Positions 28,827 through 38,553 are shown, counted from the first letter of the stretch. The stretch: 64,000 nt of DNA from an uncultured virus (IMG/VR IMGVR_UViG_3300046530_000052) (IMGVR_UViG_3300046530_000052:1-64000), one strand, 5' to 3'. Notes: generated by a model from the letters alone, not told the origin. A program made the numbers and translations.

Positions 28827-30403
28827 TGCTTAATAAAGACGATTTGATTCTCGCGCAACTGATCGCTAGCGGTCTGCCCGAGAACATTGAGGTGAAAGCC
28901 TCCGGCATCATTGCAGGGTTGAACGAAGTCAGTTACGCAGTTAGCCCGTACGCGCCGACTGCCTTGATCGACCAAGCGATGGAAGTCACCCGTAACCTGA
29001 CGCCCCACAACGACGTCATGGAACTGGCCACCACTGAAATGGCGAAAGTCGTTCGTGGTGCTTTCGACATGGTCAAGACCTACGGCGTTCCGATGGCCCT
29101 GGCTATCGCTGACGGCGTGAGCTGTCTGTACTCGATGGAATCGGTTCTCCGCACCATTCGTTCGGAACTGGACATCAAGTACATCAATGTTGACGATCCA
29201 CTGTTCAACTTGGGTATCTACCCGGTACAAGTGGCCAACAAGTCGCTGTCTTTCGAGTCGGTCAACTTCGGCATGCTGGAACGCCTGAAGTTCGGTTACG
29301 TCTCGGACTCCGACCTGGTCGAGTGGGTCAACAGCAAACACCCTGAGATCGTTGCTGTGCTGGAAGACAAATCCACCAGTACCTATACCGCTCTCTGGAA
29401 CATGACCAGTCCTGACGGCATGCGCGGCGTCTTCAAGGTAATGGAAAACGGCCAGATCAACTTCGCCGACATCCGTACCATCGACGTTCCGTTGCTGATG
29501 AAGATGTTCGTCATCGCTTCGAAGATGTTCATGACCGACAAGCCAGTGCCTTGGCTGGAAGAAGGTTCGCTGGAAGACTACCGTGAATTCACCAGTTTGA
29601 TCTGGAACGGTATCTCCCGCTACCTGATCGGTCTGAAGCATATCACTGGGCTGTACCGTGCCCGTGAGATGGTGATCACTGACGTTACTCCTGTACGTTA
29701 CAAAGAGATCACTCCTCACGAAGCGCTGGGCGTTAAAGTGAATGTGGTTGAAGGCAAGGTACTGGTGTTCTACACCGGCGCAATCATGCGTGCTATCACC
29801 GAGAGTGGTACTGCCATCAGCGACGTAACGGTGGCGTACCTGTACTCCCGTGTTAAAGGCAAGAGCTTCAGCCTGAGCGAGCTGGCCAACAACAAGCTGC
29901 GTGTAAGCGAACTGATGTCTCAGTACGTTGACGAAGTTTCGGGCGTTATCCACAACCGCGCCAAGGATGTCTTCTGTGAAAGTGCAGCGATCGCTATCGC
30001 TCAGTTCATTGATGGCAACCAAGCCGCCAAGGAAGCGCTGTACACCTCGATCGGCGAGAAGGGTAGCATGACTGCCACTGTCGTCCGTCAACGTCTGGGA
30101 GCGGCTATCAGCAAGCTCTACAGCATCTACAGTTCCCGTGTCGGTAAGAACGACGAACTGGTTGCTGAAGCCGACGGCGGCAGTACTCAGACTCTGATCG
30201 GTGAACGTAAGAAAGAGTGCATCAACATCATTCTTTCCACTGACATCGTTCCGGTGTTCCTGAACCTGCTGGGTTGCAACATGGCTGCCGCGATCATCGC
30301 CGCTACCTACGTGACTCAGGACAAGGTCTTCACTGCCGTGGATGAGCGTAAGCAACTCCACTGCGCCTTGATTCAGGTAATGGCAAACCTTTCCCTGGAG
30401 TAA
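28826..30403 (+). CDS. Virion head protein (phiKZ gp177-like position, 525 aa)
   Basis: Synteny between vRNAP beta and the protease; strong codon bias. Confidence 0.6.
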   Translation: MLNKDDLILAQLIASGLPENIEVKASGIIAGLNEVSYAVSPYAPTALIDQAMEVTRNLTPHNDVMELATTEMAKVVRGAFDMVKTYGVPMALAIADGVSCLYSMESVLRTIRSELDIKYINVDDPLFNLGIYPVQVANKSLSFESVNFGMLERLKFGYVSDSDLVEWVNSKHPEIVAVLEDKSTSTYTALWNMTSPDGMRGVFKVMENGQINFADIRTIDVPLLMKMFVIASKMFMTDKPVPWLEEGSLEDYREFTSLIWNGISRYLIGLKHITGLYRAREMVITDVTPVRYKEITPHEALGVKVNVVEGKVLVFYTGAIMRAITESGTAISDVTVAYLYSRVKGKSFSLSELANNKLRVSELMSQYVDEVSGVIHNRAKDVFCESAAIAIAQFIDGNQAAKEALYTSIGEKGSMTATVVRQRLGAAISKLYSIYSSRVGKNDELVAEADGGSTQTLIGERKKECINIILSTDIVPVFLNLLGCNMAAAIIAATYVTQDKVFTAVDERKQLHCALIQVMANLSLE

Positions 30404-30406
30404 GGT

Positions 30407-31132
30407 ATGGACGTTGGCTCTCTGGTCAGGGACCGAGCCAAGATCAAGAAAGCTTATACGGTTCAAGATGACTTCTCAGTTATTGCGAACCGTACACTCG
30501 AAGTACACATTCCTCGACGGTTTGTGGAGAACGGGTTTACTACTCTCGATAACCATGTGTCGTCTACAGTGGTAATGGGCATTGTGATACCGGGGGAGTG
30601 CTACACTCCTCTGATTGCTTTGGCTGACTTGATTCTGGCTCCGTCTGGTATTCGTGATGTAATGATTAATGGAGTGCCGTACGTTATTCTGGAGTTTGAA
30701 GAAGGGGACACGTTGTTCGAGACCCTACACTACATTCAAGACCCCAACAAGAACTACGGTTACTTTATGGAGTTTAACTTCTACGCTAAACTCCCTTGGT
30801 ACATGAGTGATGATGATTTCACGTCCTTGTATGACCATGCAGCCCAGCAGTGTGGTGCTGAAATGGGGGGTACTCCTGAGCATATGCGCGTTTATGCGTC
30901 GTTGCAGATGCGAGACCCTGACAACTTGGACAACCAGTACCGTAACAGTAAAGCAATGTTGGAAGGGCGCCCTGCGGTTATTGTAGGGCTTAATAACGGT
31001 GCCATGTTGATTGATGGTACTATTCCGAAGTTGACGGGTGGTTATCTGCAAGACAACACCATTGCAGCGATCGTTAATCCGGATACCAAAGTCACTGACC
31101 TCGAGAAGATTCTCAAAGGAGTTCCGGGATGA
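30407..31132 (+). CDS. Conserved virion protein (phiKZ gp176-like, 241 aa)
   Basis: Immediately upstream of the prohead protease; C-terminal KLTGGYL...LEKIL pattern recalled for this family. Confidence 0.6.
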   Translation: MDVGSLVRDRAKIKKAYTVQDDFSVIANRTLEVHIPRRFVENGFTTLDNHVSSTVVMGIVIPGECYTPLIALADLILAPSGIRDVMINGVPYVILEFEEGDTLFETLHYIQDPNKNYGYFMEFNFYAKLPWYMSDDDFTSLYDHAAQQCGAEMGGTPEHMRVYASLQMRDPDNLDNQYRNSKAMLEGRPAVIVGLNNGAMLIDGTIPKLTGGYLQDNTIAAIVNPDTKVTDLEKILKGVPG

Positions 31133-31986
31133 GTCAAATTATTACACTGGGGAACACTATCCTCGGTCCGGGTAAACGGGGGATGCTCAAGCCTCTCTCC
31201 GATGGCTCGGGTTACTATCGCATGCCAGGTGGTGGGTTCAACATTCCTAACCGTCACGGGGTCACGTATCCCATGAACGATTACCTGAAGGAGTGCATGG
31301 GGCAGGATAGCGATTTCGAACGCCGTATTAAAGACGGTCAGATGTTCTCGGAATTGGATCACCCTAAGCCTTACTACAACTTGGTTATTGGCGGGCAGAT
31401 TGTCCGTAAAGAGATCACCGAGCTGTGGGAGTGGGTGAACCGTCTGAAGATGATCGACATGGACAACATTGCCGGTCACATCCGCAAGATCATCTGGGAT
31501 ACCACCAAAGGTATGTCGGGTGCTGTACTGTGGGACGTCGAGATCTGCCCATTCGGCGATAAGAAGTGGTTCCTGGAAGAAAGCCTGCCAAACCCTGACA
31601 TCAACACCGCTCTGAGTGTTCGTACAGTAACCACGCCAATGAAAACGGGTGATACTACTCGTAACGTGGAATACTGGAGCACTGTGGACGTTGTTCCTGA
31701 GCAAGGCGTGCTGCGTGCCTGCAAACACCTCAGTGCCGGCATGGAAAGCTTCCTCACCTCGTTCCGCCCAAGCGATATCGCTCAGGACGTCTACGAGACC
31801 ACTGTGGACGAGCTGATCTACATCTGCGACAAGAAGATCAACAACCCGGCAGTTAAAGAGCAGTACGCCGGTAACGAGAGCTTCAACCAAGTCGTCAAAA
31901 TGGTTGAGCACTTCAAGAACACCGTTGGTCGCGGTCGTGCTCCTGCTGTACTGGTTAACGCCAACAGCCTGGGTGCTTTCCGTTAA
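31129..31986 (+). CDS. Prohead (head maturation) serine protease (phiKZ gp175-like)
   Basis: GGFNIPN, SELDHP (catalytic His), ALSVR (catalytic Ser), TVDVVPEQG. Confidence 0.85.
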   Translation: MSQIITLGNTILGPGKRGMLKPLSDGSGYYRMPGGGFNIPNRHGVTYPMNDYLKECMGQDSDFERRIKDGQMFSELDHPKPYYNLVIGGQIVRKEITELWEWVNRLKMIDMDNIAGHIRKIIWDTTKGMSGAVLWDVEICPFGDKKWFLEESLPNPDINTALSVRTVTTPMKTGDTTRNVEYWSTVDVVPEQGVLRACKHLSAGMESFLTSFRPSDIAQDVYETTVDELIYICDKKINNPAVKEQYAGNESFNQVVKMVEHFKNTVGRGRAPAVLVNANSLGAFR

Positions 31987-31999
31987 GTAACCTACTTAC

Positions 32000-32029
32000 C
32001 TCCTAGAGTCGGTCACCCGACTCTAGGGG
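32000..32029 (+). terminator. Hairpin terminator
   Basis: CTCCTAGAGTCGG-tcac-CCGACTCTAGGGG after the protease gene. Confidence 0.7.
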
Positions 32030-32091
32030 TTGAGTGTTCTTTTGCTGCAATTTCATTATATTGCGAATAATCACATTTAAAGGATTTCTTC

Positions 32092-32769
32092 ATGTCTCCA
32101 GCTATCAGCAAGCGTCTCAACTTCATCTCTGGTGTTATGCGTCTTCGTGGTGCTTTCCACGCTGTTAACACTGTAGCGGCGTTGCATGAAGCCTCGAAGC
32201 AGGAATGGTTGCGCTGCATCAATCCCGATGACGACACCAACTACATCACTGAATTCCAACTGGATGGTCGTAAGACTGACGCGGTCATCAATTACACCAC
32301 CAAGCTGGCTGCGATCTACATGAACGCCACCGGCGCTCTCCCGGGTACTCTGTCGAAAGAAACCCTGGCCTCCGACAACGTTATCACCATGGCCATCATT
32401 CGTCGTCTGACTGGTATCCAGATCAAGAACAACGAAGAGATGTTCACGCACGTCGCTACCCGTCTGCTGGGCATCGACAGTGCGCTGGTGAAAGCCGGTA
32501 TGACCACTGACGAAGTGCGTTACTCGTTGCTGGTTACTTATCTGGTGGACGCACTGGGTGAAGAGTTCACCGAAGACAGTCTGGCAACCCTGAGCGGTTA
32601 CATCGTGAAGTTCGGTGTCAACGGTCAGCTCACCGACAAGTTCTTCACCCGCCTCCTCGAAGAAGGCGAGCAGTTCTACGCCGATCAGCCGGACAGCATC
32701 AGCGACGCTATCGACGTTATCGATCTGCTGGTTGACCGTATTGCCGGTGACAGCAAGTTCGTAGGCTAA
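32092..32769 (+). CDS. Hypothetical protein (225 aa)
   Basis: AAGGA RBS; strong codon bias. Confidence 0.75.
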   Translation: MSPAISKRLNFISGVMRLRGAFHAVNTVAALHEASKQEWLRCINPDDDTNYITEFQLDGRKTDAVINYTTKLAAIYMNATGALPGTLSKETLASDNVITMAIIRRLTGIQIKNNEEMFTHVATRLLGIDSALVKAGMTTDEVRYSLLVTYLVDALGEEFTEDSLATLSGYIVKFGVNGQLTDKFFTRLLEEGEQFYADQPDSISDAIDVIDLLVDRIAGDSKFVG

Positions 32770-32781
32770 ATATTTTCAAGC

Positions 32782-32793
32782 CTACATTACTAG
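32782..32793 (+). promoter_or_regulatory. Putative phage early promoter (CTACATTACTAG)
   Basis: Identical 12-mer to the copy at 56388; intergenic and preceded by AT-rich sequence. Confidence 0.65.
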
Positions 32794-32862
32794 GGTGACC
32801 AAGATCGGAGCCATCCGACAAGGGAATACACCAATCCCTTGGCTTACGCTTTAGGTCACCCT
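32792..32862 (+). ncRNA. Candidate structured RNA / 5' leader (three-way junction)
   Basis: AGGGTGACC/GGTCACCCT closing stem enclosing TCGGA/TCCGA and CAAGGGA/TCCCTTG hairpins. Confidence 0.4.
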
Positions 32863-32923
32863 TTGTTACTCGCGGAATTCTCAAAGAAGAATAACCGTTA
32901 CATTTACCTTATGGAGTTTCACA

Positions 32924-33379
32924 ATGACTACCAAGAAAAACCTGAACAAAGAATTCGGCGAATCGATGGACCTGGGTATCAAGAACCTAGTGGACAACCA
33001 CAAGTTCCACAAGGCCACCAACCACGTCGAATTCGACACCAGCAAACTGGAAATGCCAGAAGGCGTCACTCTCGAATCCATTGGTGTTGTCAGCGACTAC
33101 ATCAATAACCTGGCCCTGCAAGCTGAATCGGCTACCAGCCAGATCGCTCGTACCCTGCACGGCGACAACAAAGATCTGACCACTCTGGACAGTACCCTGA
33201 AACTGGGCAATGCTCTGGACATCAACTCCACCCACCATCTGCGTCAACAAGTGGGCGAAGAGTTCATCTACGGCGGTCACACCACCGCGGTCGATTTCCA
33301 CCACAGTCAAGTGCAGGCTGATTGGTTGAGCAGCAACCGTGCTGCCGATCAAGACCTGGCCGCTAAGCTGTTTGGTTAA
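32924..33379 (+). CDS. Hypothetical protein (151 aa)
   Basis: GGAG RBS; strongly biased codons. Confidence 0.75.
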   Translation: MTTKKNLNKEFGESMDLGIKNLVDNHKFHKATNHVEFDTSKLEMPEGVTLESIGVVSDYINNLALQAESATSQIARTLHGDNKDLTTLDSTLKLGNALDINSTHHLRQQVGEEFIYGGHTTAVDFHHSQVQADWLSSNRAADQDLAAKLFG

Positions 33380-33454
33380 GTCTTTTTGAGTAATGGGTAG
33401 TCAGGGGGACCTGGCTACCTCTTATTCCGCATTTTTATTTTTGGAGTAGTTGTT

Positions 33455-33760
33455 ATGGCTCGTGTAATCTCGTTTGAAATGGCCCTGGATAAAGAACCTG
33501 AACGGGTTCGTAACTGGGAGTACAAGGCGCTTTCTTTGAAGATCTCTAAGAAGGCTGCTGCCAAAGGTAAACGTCCTACCTTCCTCGTTGTTGAGAAAGG
33601 TGTAGGGGTTACTCAGATGACTGTCAAGCAGGATGCTGAGGGTACTCACTTTATTCTGTCTGAGAACTCCGAGTTCAGTCAAGCTGACTGCCAGCGCGCA
33701 GTAGGCCTGATCAGCACAGCAATGTTCCAGATCATGAGCGAACGTGGCGTCATCAACTAA
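33455..33760 (+). CDS. Hypothetical protein (101 aa)
   Basis: GGAG RBS. Confidence 0.7.
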   Translation: MARVISFEMALDKEPERVRNWEYKALSLKISKKAAAKGKRPTFLVVEKGVGVTQMTVKQDAEGTHFILSENSEFSQADCQRAVGLISTAMFQIMSERGVIN

Positions 33761-33774
33761 GTAGTGAGGGTGGT

Positions 33775-34452
33775 ATGTCTAATAACTTTGTTTTGGGATG
33801 CACTCGTGAGTTCTTAGAAGCTCAGCTCGGTAACATTCCGCTGAGGCTCATGGGGGAGCAGACTCGAGAGATTCTGGATCTGGCGTCTTGCGGTGCCATG
33901 ATCGTTAATACCGAGCGCTTGGAACACCATGTTGACCACAGTCTTCGTCTGACAGCGTTCAGTGTCATCATGAAACGTTATCAGGACCAACGCATTGCGT
34001 TCATGGTACTGGGGAGGGAGAACGGTCATTTCAGCATCGGGTTAACGCAAGAGGTTCCTCTTAACCAGATTGTCACTACTCCTTTGGGCGGTTCCAATAT
34101 TAACATTTCGGAATCCCTACTCCGGGCTGACGCCACGAATCGTTGCAAGGTGGTTATTAAAGACGAAGGGAAGGAGATCATCATCCCTACCATTTACCCT
34201 GTTGGGTTTGTACGGGGTGGTTTCGAGTTGACTAAGAAATACACCAGAAACATCGGTGTATTGTTTCCTCACGTTATTGAGTTCAATAGTTTCATGCTTC
34301 ACCAGGAAGATGGCGAGGACTTCAACGGCATTAACTGGATGAGTTTGGAGCAGTTGGAGGAGTTTCGTAAAGAACACACTTTCGATCCTTGGTCCGAAGA
34401 GCTTATCAAGGCTATCGATAAGTTTGTAATTTTCGTTAATAAAACACCTTAA
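33775..34452 (+). CDS. Degenerate NUDIX-like protein, probable paralog of the next gene
   Basis: Shares FSIGL / VGFV / NIGVL / WMSLEQL / FDPWS pattern with LSLGV / NGFV / HFGVL / WFTPAEL / FEPWS of 34481..35275. Confidence 0.5.
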   Translation: MSNNFVLGCTREFLEAQLGNIPLRLMGEQTREILDLASCGAMIVNTERLEHHVDHSLRLTAFSVIMKRYQDQRIAFMVLGRENGHFSIGLTQEVPLNQIVTTPLGGSNINISESLLRADATNRCKVVIKDEGKEIIIPTIYPVGFVRGGFELTKKYTRNIGVLFPHVIEFNSFMLHQEDGEDFNGINWMSLEQLEEFRKEHTFDPWSEELIKAIDKFVIFVNKTP

Positions 34453-34480
34453 CCCACCCAGCCAATCAAAGGAATACTTG

Positions 34481-35275
34481 ATGTTCAACTATATCACCGA
34501 AGCAATGGAAAACGCTCGTGCGCAAGAAAAGAACGCTGAGTTCACTTTCGGCGTTCATGCACCGTCTCTGCTGGAACAGGTTCCTGATAACCAGGCTACC
34601 ATTCTCGAACCACTCGCCGCTGAAACCATTCTCCACAACCTCGGCGGTGCGGTCATGGGTTCCGTGCGTTCCCTGAACGAGAAGTACGGTCTGCTGCGCC
34701 AAGCGATCATGTACGGTCTCATCTGGCGGGTGCACCCTGAGAAGGGCATCCAGTTCTTCGTATACCGTCGTACCAAGCGGAACAACGTCGGTCAGCTGGC
34801 TCAGCGCCTCAGCTTGGGCGTCGGTGGTCACGTCGATCTAGGCGATGTGCATATCTACGATCACGAGAAAGACGACGGCTCGGGCCAGGTCATTGATCTC
34901 CCTCAAACCCTGGCTGAGAACTATCATCGTGAACGCGGTCAAGAAGTTGATGGTGATGACCGTACTGTTGCTGTGTATGAAGCACCGACCATTAATGGCT
35001 TCGTGATGGACAGCCAACCGGTTGAAGGTTATGTGGGTAACATCCACTTCGGCGTGCTGACTGCGGTTAAGGTTCATAACACCAACATCGAACTGAAGAT
35101 GAAAGAGTCTCACAATGACGCAGAAGGCTGGTTCACTCCCGCTGAGCTGGTCTCGATTGTCGACGGTAAAACCAAGATCGCCCACGACGAGCAAGACGTC
35201 AACTTCGAACCGTGGTCTAAGCTCATCATCGTCAAGATCGAAGAGCTGGTCGCTACTCTGGATGTAGCAGCTTAA
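34481..35275 (+). CDS. NUDIX-family predicted phosphoesterase (COG4112-like)
   Basis: RQAI.Y, FVYRRTK, LSLGVGGHVD, VG.IHFGV, EPWS motifs. Confidence 0.7.
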   Translation: MFNYITEAMENARAQEKNAEFTFGVHAPSLLEQVPDNQATILEPLAAETILHNLGGAVMGSVRSLNEKYGLLRQAIMYGLIWRVHPEKGIQFFVYRRTKRNNVGQLAQRLSLGVGGHVDLGDVHIYDHEKDDGSGQVIDLPQTLAENYHRERGQEVDGDDRTVAVYEAPTINGFVMDSQPVEGYVGNIHFGVLTAVKVHNTNIELKMKESHNDAEGWFTPAELVSIVDGKTKIAHDEQDVNFEPWSKLIIVKIEELVATLDVAA

Positions 35276-35359
35276 TTGTTCTGGTGGTGGGCTTCGGCTC
35301 ACCATCGTTTCTTTATTTTTGACCCAATACTACGATACCAATCAATTGAGGGTCTAGTC

Positions 35360-35542
35360 ATGGGTGATGTAAAGTTTGATCCGGAACTGCTCAATAGTCT
35401 GGGTGTAGTACAAAAGGGGTTCCCTGAGGAGCCTATTCCTTATAACCCCCGTAACCCTAAGCCGTTCAATATTCAACGGGCTAACGAAGCCCCTAAACAC
35501 TTTGATTTTGGCATGGATCTTAGCCTGCCTAAAAAGGATTGA
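35360..35542 (+). CDS. Small hypothetical protein (60 aa)
   Basis: GAGG RBS before ATG 35360; downstream of a TTCG hairpin. Confidence 0.55.
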   Translation: MGDVKFDPELLNSLGVVQKGFPEEPIPYNPRNPKPFNIQRANEAPKHFDFGMDLSLPKKD

Positions 35543-35545
35543 TTA

Positions 35546-36208
35546 ATGTTTATTGCACTTGAAGGGATTGGTGGTACAGGAAAGGGTACTCTGAAAACTC
35601 AGCTGTTCGAGTTGATGGAGAAGAAAGGTATTCCTCATATCAAAACCCGCGAGCCCGGCGGTACTCCCATTGCGGAGCATTTGCGAGAACTGACCCGTAG
35701 CGGGTTCAGGATTGATGGCGGGGTAGAGTTCGCTACTCCAATGGCTACTGCACTGTTGTTCAACGCGGCTCGTAGCGAGCATTGGGCGACACTCATCGAA
35801 CCTGCTCTGAAAGACGATTACTTGGTACTGACTGATCGCTTCTGCGACTCGACCTTCACGTATCAAAGCGTGTTCATGGGTATCGACATCGAGAAGCTGA
35901 AACAGTTACACGACATGGTGATCGGTGTTTACCCAACAATGACTTTCTTGCTGGACTGTCCTGCTGAGATCGCAATGGCTCGGGTAACTGACTTTGAAAA
36001 GAGTCGTGACCAGTTCGACCGCATTGGGGTGGAGAAGCAGGAGCGTATGCGGGAAGTCTATCTGGAGCTCGCTGCCGCGGAACCGCACCGTTACTACGTA
36101 ATTGATGCGTCCGGTACCCCTGAACATGTTTGGGCTCAAGTAGAACCTCTTTTCCTCAAGACAGTACTTCCAAGCGCTGCATTCGCCGAGTACGTCTATA
36201 GCAGTTAA
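35546..36208 (+). CDS. tmk: Thymidylate kinase
   Basis: FIALEGIGGTGKGT P-loop, TREPGGT, LLFNAAR, DRFCDSTFTYQ, IDASGT. Confidence 0.95.
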   Translation: MFIALEGIGGTGKGTLKTQLFELMEKKGIPHIKTREPGGTPIAEHLRELTRSGFRIDGGVEFATPMATALLFNAARSEHWATLIEPALKDDYLVLTDRFCDSTFTYQSVFMGIDIEKLKQLHDMVIGVYPTMTFLLDCPAEIAMARVTDFEKSRDQFDRIGVEKQERMREVYLELAAAEPHRYYVIDASGTPEHVWAQVEPLFLKTVLPSAAFAEYVYSS

Positions 36209-36221
36209 CAAGGAGTAAATC

Positions 36222-36491
36222 ATGGACAATATCTTCAGACCGTCTACCGCCTTCCCAGCAGTAGAAGATAACCTGTCAGTCTTTCATGATCTGATCGGTA
36301 ATCAGATTGCCAAAGATATCGAGAAGATCGCTGCGGAAGCTTGGGGTAAGTTTGCTGGAACACGGGCTACCCCTGAAGAAGAGCAGTCGTACTTCCGTAA
36401 AGTCTACGAGGCTAAAGCGGTAGAACTCGGTCTTACCCCGGTACGGATTACTCAAACCTTTGATGTCATTGCTACAAGGACGGAAGAGTGA
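36222..36491 (+). CDS. Hypothetical protein (89 aa)
   Basis: AAGGAG RBS. Confidence 0.7.
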   Translation: MDNIFRPSTAFPAVEDNLSVFHDLIGNQIAKDIEKIAAEAWGKFAGTRATPEEEQSYFRKVYEAKAVELGLTPVRITQTFDVIATRTEE

Positions 36492-36856
36492 TGGAAAATA
36501 AGAACCTGAAACAGGAACTGGAATGGATCGATAAGAATCCCCAGTACTACAAGAACGCTCAGCATCAGGAAGATGTGAAACACAACATCACGGTTAACTA
36601 CGAGATCCGTGAACTTGAGAGTCAGTTGAATATTGTGGCTATCCATGAGCGAGCTGCGCTGGAGCTGCGCATTGGCGATCTCAAGGATTCTCGTCGTGAA
36701 GTCGATCTGAAGTACTGCTCGATCAAGTGTCCTCCTATTCCGAAAACCAAGGATGAGTTGAAAAATAAAGTAGACTCCAGTAAGCATCTGTCCAACCCAC
36801 GTCGATCACCTATCTCGACTAAGTACCCGGTTGAAAACAAAAAGATTCCTCTCTAG
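36488..36856 (+). CDS. Hypothetical protein (122 aa)
   Basis: GTGA overlap with the previous gene. Confidence 0.65.
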   Translation: MMENKNLKQELEWIDKNPQYYKNAQHQEDVKHNITVNYEIRELESQLNIVAIHERAALELRIGDLKDSRREVDLKYCSIKCPPIPKTKDELKNKVDSSKHLSNPRRSPISTKYPVENKKIPL

Positions 36857-36865
36857 GAGTATTTC

Positions 36866-37363
36866 GTGGAAAAGACTGAACTGCAATACCAGCTGAATGT
36901 TAAGACACTTCGTCAGTTCGAAGAAACGTTCCAAAAGATCCAAACCGAAGTAGCACTGGAAGATCCATGGCAAGGCATGAGTTCTGCTATGGATGTGCTG
37001 GCCAAGAACTTGAAGCCTGGGCAAGTCGTTAAAGCAGTTACTCGGGCTTGGCGTGGTAACAACAGCAGTGACAGTAAGCTGATCGTCATTGGTACTCCTG
37101 CCGGTCCGCTGTGTCTCTATCAGGTTACTCAAGGGAGCAGTACGGGTAAACCGACTATTGAAGAGCGGACGTTCATTCAGCCGCATATTCCCGGTGGTAT
37201 TTACGGGCTGCTTTTCAAGCGGTTGAATAACCCAATGGATCCGGAAGATCTTGCTTGGCTCCTTAATCCGGATGAGCCTGACACCAAGAACATCGGGATC
37301 GACCTGACTTACTTTACCTGTAACCTCGCGCCGGGGTTCAAGTTCAAAGAAGTTGAAGACTAA
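36866..37363 (+). CDS. Hypothetical protein, paralog of 37503..37967
   Basis: AGGAG RBS with GTG start; shared motifs with the next ORF. Confidence 0.7.
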   Translation: MEKTELQYQLNVKTLRQFEETFQKIQTEVALEDPWQGMSSAMDVLAKNLKPGQVVKAVTRAWRGNNSSDSKLIVIGTPAGPLCLYQVTQGSSTGKPTIEERTFIQPHIPGGIYGLLFKRLNNPMDPEDLAWLLNPDEPDTKNIGIDLTYFTCNLAPGFKFKEVED

Positions 37364-37372
37364 TCGTAATTA

Positions 37373-37400
37373 CCAGTACTTGCCCTTGGGCAAGTACTGG
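37373..37400 (+). terminator. Hairpin terminator
   Basis: CCAGTACTTGCCC-tt-GGGCAAGTACTGG. Confidence 0.75.
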
Positions 37401-37447
37401 GGTTATGTATGCTCCTGTTTATTTTTCACTTATAGGGCTTCTCAGGC

Positions 37448-37469
37448 CTATATCATCAGTGTGAATAAA
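37448..37469 (+). promoter_or_regulatory. Putative early promoter variant (CTATATCATCAGTGTGAATAAA)
   Basis: Aligns with CTACATTACTAGAGTGAATAAA at 56388. Confidence 0.5.
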
Positions 37470-37502
37470 GACCAACCTTTATTTAACCATTAGGAGTTTG
37501 TC

Positions 37503-37967
37503 ATGAGTCTTAAAGCACTTGATGAAAGCATCGAATTGGCTAAACGTTTCGAGAACGTTTTCGCCGCCACCACTCGCGTGTTGGCTTTCCAGGATAACTG
37601 GAGAAGTTCGGTAGGTCCTGGCTATGATGGCGCAGTGAACCTGATCCTCAAACCGGGTGAAGTGGCTCGTACCACTGACCTCGAAAACAAAGTTCGGATG
37701 ATCCTCATTGGGACCGATCTGGACACCGTGGTAGTTTATGAGCGAGTTACTGGTTCCAGTTTCTCTCTTGTGTACAACGCCAACGCTGCACTGGACTTTC
37801 TGCTGGGCGGCAGTTACCTGTCCATTGCACAATTCAGCTTGGTCATCACTGACTACGATATCAAAGAAAATATCGGGACCAGTCTGGCTAATCTGTACAA
37901 CCGTATCGGTCGCCGCAAGGCTCACGCTGCCGATAAGCCACGGGAGCTTAATGCTGTCCCAAAGTGA
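37503..37967 (+). CDS. Hypothetical protein (154 aa)
   Basis: AGGAG RBS; paralog of the previous ORF. Confidence 0.75.
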   Translation: MSLKALDESIELAKRFENVFAATTRVLAFQDNWRSSVGPGYDGAVNLILKPGEVARTTDLENKVRMILIGTDLDTVVVYERVTGSSFSLVYNANAALDFLLGGSYLSIAQFSLVITDYDIKENIGTSLANLYNRIGRRKAHAADKPRELNAVPK

Positions 37968-38049
37968 ATGCCCAGGTAGAAGGGTTCTTTAACCGTTTTC
38001 TTTCCTGGGCTTCGTAGTACTTAGGATCAATCCTCAACAGGAGTTGCAC

Positions 38050-38493
38050 ATGAAGAAGTTGCTGTTGGCTGCGCTCATGGCGTTTGCAGCTATCACCCCC
38101 ACCGCCCAAGCACAAGACGAGGTGATACTGTTCTGTCGGTTGGACGTTCCCGGAGATGTGTTACTCATTCTCCAGAATGATCCGGATACAGACCTCTGGA
38201 CTGTGCAAGAAGTTTCCGATACGTATCGCAAGAAAGAATCCCACCCCGCTATTAGTGTAGCTATCTCGGTCAGCGGGGCGGAGCCTAATGATGCAACGAT
38301 CGAATTGAGTTTCCCTCAATCTAAAGGCATGTTAGTAGTAACGGCCAGCAAGAAGGACTGGGAACTTAGCGGTCATGTAAAAGAGCTCGATCATGGAAAG
38401 GAAACAAACTATAGGGAATGTAAGCCCAACGGCATGCGTTTCTACATTAATCATAAAGCGCTTCAATCGGAGAACCTCACCCACGTTGACTGA
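38050..38493 (+). CDS. Secreted/periplasmic protein with Sec signal peptide
   Basis: AGGAG RBS; MKKLLLAALMAFAAITPTAQA|Q signal with an AxA site; two Cys in the mature part. Confidence 0.75.
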   Translation: MKKLLLAALMAFAAITPTAQAQDEVILFCRLDVPGDVLLILQNDPDTDLWTVQEVSDTYRKKESHPAISVAISVSGAEPNDATIELSFPQSKGMLVVTASKKDWELSGHVKELDHGKETNYRECKPNGMRFYINHKALQSENLTHVD

Positions 38494-38553
38494 CCGAAGT
38501 AGGGAGTGATAATTCACTCCCTAACTCTCTTATTTTTTTTTGTCGGAGTTTGT

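Noticed and set aside
32792..32862. tRNA gene
   Set aside because: tRNA-like size, but no D-loop GG, no TTC T-loop, no 7-nt anticodon loop and no CCA; kept only as an ncRNA candidate
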